Shown here one piece after another: positions 36,711 through 46,834 of a stretch of 64,000 nt of DNA. The position numbers and the translations under genes are program-made. The DNA comes from Marsupella aquatica (Eukaryota > Plantae > Marchantiophyta). How positions within the stretch are numbered: the first letter of the stretch is position 1; each line of letters begins with the position of its first letter. Below the pieces are notes generated by a model. It was not told the DNA's origin. It did no database searches and was given only the letters and a program-made list of their open reading frames with translations. The stretch spans positions 7,120,470 to 7,184,469 of the forward strand of contig OZ316897.1 of NCBI GenBank assembly GCA_973895155.1, given 5' to 3'.

Positions 36711-36929
36711 GCAGCGTAAGCCTAATCTACCTAACTATAATCTACCTATGTACAGCGAGGTAGGAGCACAAGTGCTGCTCTTACCAGTAGATCCGCAATC
36801 CCACTAATAAGTGTCAGGGCCGCCTCCTGGTCCTGATCCTAATTCTAAACTTGGAGATCTGAGCCCACCCTGCCCACTCACGCCTCCTCCCTCCACGTCC
36901 GCCCTCCTTAAAAGGAGCAGCCCTCCACC

Positions 36930-39900
36930 ACCATCATGGTAGCGGTGGCTGATCCTCAATGGACGCCCCCAATGCTTCTTCCGTAGCCACTGCCATAGGT
37001 CCATCCTCTGACAGATTACCTGCCCCGGACCAAGTCAACTCTCCATCGGCCTGACTGGGTCCACCCTCGGCTTCGGTCTCAACATCGACCACGACCTCTA
37101 ATATGGCTACGGCCTCCCCGGCATGCTCTAGTGGAGAATCCGATACCCCGGCTTCATCACTGATTGTTCCGGCCTCGGCCTTGCCATCCCCGCCTTCTAG
37201 GGTGGATCTACCGTGATCCTGCCTGAGGTTGGTGCCGGTTGTACCTCCTCTGTCACGACGGCTTGAGAAGCCGCATTACTACCTAACCCTGAAGGTTTCC
37301 GCTTCTTCTTCTTCCCTATTTTGGCAGCTGGTCCCTTCCCCTTGCCACTTATCTCCGGCACCGGTGCGAGTGTTGCGGCTTGTCCTTTGGCCAGTACTAC
37401 TCCTGGCAACTTGGTTGCCCCAATTGGACTTGATGAAGCTAAGCACTTAAATACTGCGGCTTGTTTCTTTAGCCGCTCCGTTTGGTTGTCGGCTCGCCGC
37501 TGTAAGTTCTCCATCTTCCTCGTGCTTTCCTCCAACTCCTCCTGCACTTTGTCTAGGTCCTTGCGCGCCTCCTCCAGCTCCTTCTGGGCTTCCTCCAATT
37601 CCTTCTTTAAGGTAGCCCTCTCCTCCTGGGTTGCTCTTAGCTCCTTGTCAAGCTCCGCTACGACCTCAGACTCCATTTTCTTCATCTTGGCATAAGTCTG
37701 ATCAAGCTGGTCGTCTTTCTCATGCAGGTCGGCCTTGAAGCTGGCCGTCAGGGATGCAAGCTCTTGCCGCAGCACAATAATCCCTTGATAGGATTTCCCT
37801 AACTCGGCCTCCTTCTACTCAAGGGCTCCGCGGATATCCTTGAGTTCCCCCTTCAATGCCCTTTCCCTTCTCTGAGTCTCCGCCATGGCCCGATTGTTGG
37901 CTGCTATGTGGGCCTCCTGTGCGTCCCTCAGCTCCCGCTTCCACTTCTCCCTTTTCTTGACCGCATCAGCCAACTCCCCCTGGGTCCGAGTCAGTTTATC
38001 CTTGATAATCTGATTATCAGACTGAGCGATATCCAATTGCCCCTGCATGATGTTTAGCTCATGCCGTTTAATTTGCAGCTCATCTTGGGCTTTCTTGGCC
38101 GCCTTCAGGTCTTCCACCTCGGCTTCCCTTGCCCTAAGTTGACGGATGACCTTGTCTTTCTTTCTTCTCTCCAAAGCCACCGCTTCTTCTAATTGGCATT
38201 TTTCCAACGTCTCCCTCTGGGAAAAAGGTCCCTGCTCCAACTCCTCCCCAAAGATGTTGAGCGCAAGTTCCCCACACATCTCCCCGTACTCCATGGCTCT
38301 TTCTTTAGCATAGGTGGAGTGAGTAGAAGCCATCGGCATCAACCACCGTGGCCTAGCTTTGTTCCCAAGCCGCCTTGCGGATTTCTTCTATCGTGGCTGG
38401 AGGGCTGCTTTGTTTTTCTGCAAGCCGCCTGATGTCCTCTGGCCATTCTCCCCCTGGTAAATCTTTCTCCCTAGCCAAGGCTGCCCTCTCTTCCTCCCTG
38501 AGTCGCTCCTGAAACTCTTGTGCCATCTATTTTACGCCGTCAAAGCTTGGGGGAGTGACATCTGGCAGGGGGGACTCGAGGCTGTTCTGCTGGGTGGGGT
38601 CCACTCAAACTACTCTTGGAAGCATGGGGATGAAACGGCCACAGGTCCTTATTCCTGGGACATGATGGTCCGACCCGTAGCCAGAGTCATCATTGCCGTA
38701 GTCCTCCACCGCCTCCTCCACTGCTTGGACTACCGGCTCCCCCCGCTGCTCCCCTGGTCTTGCCATGAACACGGCCTCTTGCCGATCATAGCTAGCAGGT
38801 CCTAGTTCCTCCTCTAGCTTCCAGGCTGTCTTCTCCCTCTGTTTCCCCTGAACAGGAGCCTTAGGGTGCCTTCCCTTGGCTACAGGACTCGAGGCTCCTT
38901 CATACTTTTGAACCCCCGACTTGTGTTCCGGCCTCCTTCTTTCCTTGGCTCCGGTAAAGGGGTTTTCCTTCATGAGTTGGCTTAGGCCAACCTCTGAAGG
39001 AGTGTCCTGTACTTGTGTCGTTCTCTTTTCCTTCTCCAGCAATTTCAGCAGATTCTGCATGCCTGGTCGTTCCATCAACAAGTCCTCCATCCTCGGCCTA
39101 AACACCTGCTCGATTGTAGGACTGTCGGGCTGGTTTGGTTTCTCTATTGCTGGCCTCTGTTCCGGAACCTTCTCTGGTGCCCTTGCTTGTAGTGGAAGTA
39201 CCGGGGCAAAGATCTGATTTGGGGCATACCGGCACAACAGCGGTATGTGATAGCCAAGCCGAGACACACTTCCCATGCCGATTGCCTGCTGTTCCTCCTT
39301 CAAGATCTTCTTTAGTTGGGTGAGGAGGTACCCGTTGTAGTCTCGGCTTGGGTCTGGCCTTTCCGCTAGGTAGACCTGTGCCTTGCTGATCTCTGGCCTC
39401 GGCAAGTTGCAGTGCATGGTTACCCGCAAGAAATTGATGATCTCTTCTATGTGCGGGTTGGTGCAGGTGTTCCGAAAGAAGCCATTCTTTGTTGATGGCC
39501 CTGGGAACGATCGGAACTCCTTATCTGGCAAGGTCTTCTGGGTATCTACTTTGGTCTTATTGCCCATCGACAAGCCAAACACTTTGACAATCACCCGGGG
39601 AGTGAGATAGAAATCCTTCCCATACACCCTTGTGGAATTGGTCTCGGGTTCCCATGATTCCACAAATTCTAATAAGTCTGAATCCGACACCTTCGGCTTC
39701 AGCCATGGTAATTTCACTAAAGCTTCCAAGCCGGATCCGGCCATGAAGCCTTGGTACTTTTGAGTCTGCATAGCCGTAAAGCATGCATCCTCTTCACGTG
39801 CAAAGTGTAATTGCACTTCCTTGGGGAGGATCGCCGCCCAGCCTTTCCAGGTGTCATCTCTTGTTGGAACAAGATTGATGGGGTCAACCTCCTCTTCTTT

Positions 39901-40404
39901 GGCTTCATCCTGCGCCCTGGTCCCTTGCTCGGCTGGCTTCCTTGGTGCCGCCGACCTCGTTCTCTTCGCAGGGGTGGTCACTTTGTTGGCGTTCCCTTTC
40001 CTCTTAATAGCTGCTGCCATGGATGTTTCTCCTAGCACGGTTGCCTTTGTCCACCCCTCCGTGCTACCCTTCAACTCCCAGTGTATGTTGTTGCAGCGGT
40101 TGATGGCTTCCCGGATGCCAACTATTCTGTTCTCACAAAACAGAAGATTGTCGAGTTCGTCGCCAGTAGGTATCCACAAGAATTCAGCCGTGATGAGTTC
40201 TCCTCCTAAGAAGGTAGACTTCTGCAGCTCCCACAGTCGAGCGAGCTCCTGCCATTCTTGAGCGGCTCTCTCCGATTCTTCGTCCTCATAGGTCCCAATG
40301 TACTCAGTTGCCCGTTCTAACAGGCATCCCCAAAAAAGAGCAACCTGATTGACGTTGCTCATACCCTTCCTTGAATTGATAGTTGGTATCTGCTCCCTCC
40401 CCAA
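36930..40404 (-). pseudogene. Diverged, disrupted copy of the LTR-encoded ORF in the solo LTR
   Basis: ORF pieces 38605-40404, 37815-38342 and 37197-37775 align with the 1220-aa protein. Confidence 0.88.
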
Positions 40405-40737
40405 GTGCTTGCCTAAGCAGCTGACAGTAGTTGCTTCATGTAGTCGTCTGCTTAGTTTGTGCTTGCAAATGAGCCACCATTCCTTGCGATCGATCCTTAC
40501 CCCCTGCCTGGTCTTCCTTCCCGTTAGTTACCTATAGCCGCCGGTACTTAGCGCGTCCTAACCCTAATCGTGTTCCCTCTCCTGACGTCCTTACTTATGG
40601 CCTCAGCTCGGTTTCCATAGTCACCCTTAATTGTTTATATTTTCCTTGTTTTTGTTACTATACTAATGTGTTTCCACGTACACCTGATTTTACCATTTAA
40701 ACTGGCCTAGTGATTCTTGGCTAGGCATCACATCTGG

Positions 40738-41771
40738 TGATGGGGCATCTACATCCCTATGGACCTTCCACATCCCATGGTCCTTCCACATCTTATGGAG
40801 CTGATAGAGACCTTGCCACCATGGGATTCATGTGTGGCACTGCACATATTGATGCATCAGTAGCTTTGACACGTGGGGCAGCCAAAGCTCTTGAGCCCCG
40901 AGGAGCAGTAGTGGAGCTAGATCCACAGAGGGGGGATGCACGTTGGAAGACAAAACTTCCCCAATCTTTCACATTGTCAAAGATAGTGCAGACTGCCTCT
41001 TTGAACCCGGTTCTGACAAACCCTAGTTGGGGTAAGTTGGCAGAATCAGGTACTGATGCAACAGGGATGACAGGTACCCTGCTGGGGGCAGCTACTGCCA
41101 TAGTACGCACCCCATTATTTTCAGCGATAGACATGCTGAACTTGGGAGTTGGTCCTATAGAAGTGTTTAGATTGGCAACTACACTCTATGAGGACACTCC
41201 AATTATTGCTTCCCATGCACAAACAGCTTGCAATGTTGAAGCAGTGAAGACCATGCCACCTACTGCTACTAGTGAGACATGGCATGCAGCAACAGAGAGG
41301 TTGGTAGATTTACCAGCACGTCCTGCATTTGAGAGGACTAGGTTCAAACCTAGTGTTGTATCATTGGATAATCGGAGTGGTATCTTCCAATTAGTTGGGC
41401 CATCTGGAATAGTATACCAGCCAGAGAGAGTGTTACTAGATACTGGTGCTCAACCCTTGATGTTGGGGCAGTCTGCCATATGTGGATTGGGATTGTGTTT
41501 AGAGGATTTGGAGGATTGTCCCTTTCCCATCCAGACTTCATTGGGGGGACCTACACCTACATAGCATATAACCAAGAGACCACTTGATTTGAGGATTCAA
41601 GAAGGTCATGCGATAGATAGCTCACAGATACAAGCGCGAGCTATTTTGACTAAGGTAGAGTCATATGATGTGTTGGTGGGATGTACAGTGCTCTACCCCA
41701 TGGGATTTATTCTTGATTTTTGGGATGAATCAGTGTCATATAGACCTGCTTGGGAGTCAGGAGATGCTTGA
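40738..41771 (+). pseudogene. Gag-protease junction and aspartic protease of element B
   Basis: VLLDTGAQPL and YDVLVG motifs. Confidence 0.75.
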
Positions 41772-42138
41772 TTGAGCAGGTTGCCAGTGCAATTTAGTGG
41801 ACCTGTGGGAGGCCCTAAATCCACACTATTGTCTTTGGCAGCATTCAATGGTGTAATTACTGGACCTGATGATTTAATTGAGGGTAATGCGCATGCAGCA
41901 GATGTTCCACCATTGGAGGAGTCACATGAGGAGCAGATCATGCGGGGATTATCTGTTGGCAATGTGACGCCACCGGTGTGGGGCACTGGACAGGCCTTGC
42001 CACAGGCAACAGCACGATTGGTACATGACGCATGCTTTTACTCCATAGTCAAGAGCAAAGCAGTCTCGTGCAGATGGACCGGTGACTCTTTCACCATTGG
42101 ATACCACTCCTATTGCTTGGTAGTATCCACCAGAGGGT

Positions 42139-42408
42139 ATTTGCTTGTTGGATCTATTTGGTGGGATTAGCACTGGATTGGCTATTGTTCTTTAGGCAGG
42201 AATACCTATGCGTTGCTATTTGTATGTGGAGACAAATGAGGCAGCACAGAAGGTCTCATTGCGGCATTTGGCTATGTTGGTGGATAGATATCCATAGTTG
42301 CTACCAGTGGATGTTGTTTGTGGTTATCAGCATGCACTACCTACTGATATTTCATTGTTGGGGGCGGAACATTTGCATTGTGTTGGCCCCATTGATTTGG
42401 TGATTGCT
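42139..42408 (+). pseudogene. N-terminal fragment of a C5-cytosine DNA methyltransferase (DNMT3/Dcm-like) inside element B
   Basis: One frame reads ICLLDLFGGISTGLAIVL*AGIPMRCYLYVETNE...LPTDISLLGAEHLHCVGPIDLVIA, giving motifs I (FxG), II (E), III (DI) and the lead-in to motif IV. The catalytic PC is absent. Confidence 0.78.
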
Positions 42409-42786
42409 GAACATTTGTGGATGCGCTTTGCTGGTGTTACTAATTGTCCATTAGTGAGCTTGCGGTCCATTGAGACAATGATGACCACAGTTGGGGGTGA
42501 GCAGACAGTCCATGGACCTATGGCAGGATTGGCCAAGGTTGGACAGATTGTTGAACAGGAAGGGACTGCTCAATCTACTGCTAATTAGCAATCATCGGCT
42601 ATCTCTTCTACCTTACAAAAGATATTAGGGATCTGGTGGAGAGTTGGGAGCCACAGATTGGTCCTAAGTTGACAAGGGAGGAGATCGAGATGTTGCATGC
42701 ATCCATTCCTGAAGGGTTATTGAAATTGTTTTGCATTCAGCATGAAGGATTTGGGGACATTGAAGGGTCCTGGTATTTAGATTGAA

Positions 42787-45049
42787 TTGGCTAGTGATGC
42801 GCCAATCTTTTGTAGACCATACCGTTATAGTGACATGGAGAGAGCTCTGATTCAAAGCAAAACTCAAGATTTGTTGGAGGTTGGATTGGTGGAGATTTCA
42901 TATGGGGAGTATGCATCTGCCACAGTGATGCCAGCCAAGAAAGATGTGCATGGCAATTACACAGATAGGCGCATGTGTGATGATTACAGACCTATTAATT
43001 GCCAGACAAAATCTGATTGATATGCCATGCCCACACTTGAGGAGATCTTTGATGTTGTGGGGCATGCAAAGGTTTTCAGTTCATTGGATCTGAGGGCAGG
43101 GTACCATCAGCTTCCAATTAGGCATGCTGACAGGTCCAAGACAACATTCTAGGGGATTGTTCTTATGACAAAGATCATTTGTATCAGTGGTTGTTCTTAC
43201 CATTTGGATTGAAGAATGCACCAGCTGAGTTCCAGAGAGTCGTGGTCAAATCCTTGCAGGTTCGGATTTTGTCAGATGTTATATTGATGATATTTTGGTC
43301 TATTCTTCTATTGTGGAAGAACATCAATAGCACTTGCAGATTGTGTTGGAGAGATTGAGAGCACATGGGTTGAATCTCCATCCTAGCAAGTGTAAGTTCT
43401 TCCAAGACCAGATTGAGTATTTGGGCCACACTATATACCCAGGGGTGTACAACAGACTAAAGTGGAGGTCATTACACAGATTCCTTGTCCTACTGATGTG
43501 AGCAAAGTTCGTGCATTCTTGGGATTGGTGAGCTACTATAGGAAGTATGTTAAAGGATTTAGCCAGCTTGCTAAACCTTTAACCATACTCACTAAGTTGG
43601 ATCAGGAATGGACTTGGGGTGATGACTAGGAGCATGCCTTTCAGGACTTGAAGCAAAGGTTGGCATCATCCCCTATTTTGAGAAGACCCATTTCAGGCAT
43701 ACCATTTCAGCTACACACTGATTGGAGTGGAGTAGGACTTGGAGCAGTGCTGACTAAGAAAAATGATGATGGGCATGAGTTTGTTGTGGCATATGCCAAT
43801 AGATCAAACAATTCAGCAGAGGCTAAGTATAGCTCTTATGAGGGAGAGTGTTTGGCAGCAGTGTGGGCTGTGGTACACTTCCGTTGTTACTTGTTTGGTA
43901 ATTCTTTCACTTTGATCACTAATCATCAGCCTCTCAAGTGGTTAATGGAGTCTGACAAGCTTACTAGGAAGCTTGCAAGATGGACATTGTTGTTGCAAGA
44001 GTATGATTTCCAGGTTGTACATAGACCTGGAAAGGTGAACTTGAATGCAGATGGGTTGAGCCGCAACCCATGTACCAGTTAGTAGGATGAGACTGGAGCC
44101 AGATGGCATGATGAGTCAGATAAGGAGATGGTGCCAGTATGGCATGCATCTGCCTTTCTTTGTTGGGTGCCAACATACAATGGATCTGTGGACCCTACCT
44201 CATTGGATGGAGTGGATGAGGAGTATTCAGATGTGGATGTTGGTGAGGTAACTTCTGGACAGCAAGATATTCACAATGATGTGAGAGTGTTGAAATATCT
44301 ACGTTGTAGTTCTATTGTTGGCAGTGTTGATGCCAAGGAACGTGACAGGGTTCTACAGAGAGCCAAGAGGTTTCAATGGGAGGGAAACCATCTTCTAAGA
44401 GTACTACATGATGGTAGGGTGTTGGTGGTACCAAAACCATCACAACTAGTACATTTGGTGCAACATGCGCACGAGGAGTTGGGTCACTTTGGTGTGAAGC
44501 GCACTTACAGCTTGCTACAGACATAGTATTGGTGGCGTGGAATGCACACTCATGTCAAGCAATTGATAGCTAAGTGTGTGGTATGTGATAGAGTGAGAGC
44601 ATCATTTAATGCTCACACTCCCCAGTTGCACCCGTTGCCGATCATGGGTTTGGGATATCATTGGAGTTTGGATTTTGCTGGTCCATTACCTCTTACCCAA
44701 CATCATAATTGGTATATTTTGGTCATGGTGGAGCACTTCTCCAAGTGGATTGAGCTAGTGGCGTTGCCAGATAAAGCCAGTGGAGGAGTTGCTGCTACAT
44801 TTTTGGATCATGTACGCAGTCATTTTGGAGCACCAGCTGAGGTGTTGACTGATCAGGGAACTGAGTTCCGTGGAGAGTTTGAGAATTTGTGTGAGCAAGC
44901 TCTGATTGATCATCGTACTACCTCTTGTGATCATCCTGAGACAGATGGATTAGCTGAGAGAGTTGTGCAAACTTTGAAGAGAGGATTGCGTAAGTATGGC
45001 TTGCAGGTTGGTCATCTGGGAGATTGGGATCTCCAGCTACCTTGGTTAG
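42787..45049 (+). pseudogene. pol: RT-RNaseH-integrase of element B (continues at 56702)
   Basis: RPYRYS, LDLRAGYHQ, PFGLKNAP, YIDD, LHTDWS, SSYEGECLA, WSLDFAGP, TDQGTEF, DGLAER. Many stops and frameshifts. Confidence 0.92.
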
Positions 45050-46409
45050 GAGGTTTTTCCCCGTGACAGGAAACAGAAAACAGTAACAATCATAACAGGA
45101 AAAAGATAGGAACAAAATAGGAGATTTGGTACTAGCATACACAAAAGATGACATAATTACGGACAAAAAAGGAGACCAATTTCAATAGGAACTCCAATAT
45201 GTTTAGAATTCTATAGAGCAATTATGGAAAGACAAGTTTTACTAGCGCCGAGCGCTAACCAAGAGTTTGTTGCTGTTCAAAACAACATTAACAAAATGTC
45301 CGTTCAACGTATCGTCGAATGATCAAAATTCCTATAAACCATGCAGATTCTCCCTTCCTACGATGAACTGGAGTTCTCCGACATTCAAAATTGGCTGGCT
45401 CGGTAAGACCGAATCCATTGGATCAAGCTTAAAGATCGTTTTGTCAGAGGGTTTCCAACTGACAGGAACCAGATTCCAATAACAGGAAACAACCAATTTC
45501 AACAATAAAATAACCACTAATAGTATTCGCAGCATATTTGGAGGACACTAGAAAAAAGAGAGTTGAAAGACACAATTTTACAGAGGCGGGTTTACATAAT
45601 TGTGGAGGAGAATAGAACATATATTAGTAGCGCCAGGCGCTAGCGACACGCGCTACTTGAAAAAGAAATTACATTGATATCCAGAAGGTAATAAAAGTCC
45701 ATAACCTTCGAGAAAAATTAATAACCTAATAACATACTCAAAAAACCTAATGCGATAATAAAACGGAAGGAGCAATAAAGCTAACTCGGCCAAACCGGAG
45801 CCCCCATTCAAAAAGATGACATGAATCAAACTCACGAACGACTCCAACAATGAGATGAAAGCTAGCGCCAGGCGCTAGTGTTGAAGAAGAAATCCACACT
45901 CTCTAGGACGTAGAAGACATGCAGTCGTCGTCCAATCCAGCTTTGAACCTATCCTCATCCTGTCGAAACCCATCCTCTCAATCCAGAAAAAAACGAGGTC
46001 CAAGATAGCAACTCCGACTCCGGTCGTTCGGGATGTTCGAATCTGAAAAGCTCACACGTCCGGTGTCTGCTTGGATGTCTCTAAAAAAAGCTGTCCTTTC
46101 CACCCGATACACATTGGAAGGATCCGGGTCGTGAACAGAGAACCTCTCTCAGAAAGGAAGTGGAGGCGAAGGATCACATGACGGAAGGTGTCCAGTTATG
46201 TGGCTAATACCCTCATCCGGGGCCAGCCACAACCTGTTCCTCTCGGTCGACGTCTCTGGGCACTGCATAAAAGACGGAGTCAAATCTAAACCCGGATCTC
46301 TAATCGACCTCCAAACCATCGCCTTTGGCGGATTGTGGCTCTCTGATTTTGCTATTTTCTTCCCCTTATCCATGGAGTTGATGGAAACAACGGATGCAAA
46401 ACTCAGGGA

Positions 46410-46530
46410 GAAGAGAAGAGGTGAGTCCGGGCAGACCAGAAACGAAACGAAGGGAAGAGGTGAGTTTGGGTAGTCCACAAACAAAACGAAGGGAAGAGGT
46501 GAGTCGGCCACTCACAGAAATGAAAGGGAG
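46410..46530. repeat. 39-bp tandem repeat, about 3 units (GAAGGGAAGAGGTGAGT...)
   Basis: Units at 46410, 46449 and 46488. Confidence 0.85.
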
Positions 46531-46834
46531 AAATGCGTTTAGGGTTGAACAAACACGAAGTTCAACAAACCCGAAGTTGAACAAACACTACACTTTGAGA
46601 GAGTCCAAATGATCATATCAACCACAAACAAAAATATGTACAGACAAAAGGTATAATTATTCACCGTACAACTGTACGAGTACATGCATTTCTGATATCT
46701 GCACATATATGCACTCAGGAAAGAGACTTCGGGTGCGTCTATCTCCTTTAAAGGCTCAGATCCAAACATCCAGTTTAATAGCGTCAGGCGCTAGTACAAG
46801 GTTCCGAAGAAAACCTTAGAAATTCACACTCAAC

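Larger units (their letters stand above)
20552..40732 (-). mobile_element. Older solo LTR of family D (20552-21180 plus 36716-40732, ~4.65 kb), interrupted by full-length element D
   Basis: TSD TCTGG (20547-20551, 40733-40737). Reverse-complement homology to 32051-36710 including both termini. Confidence 0.92.
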
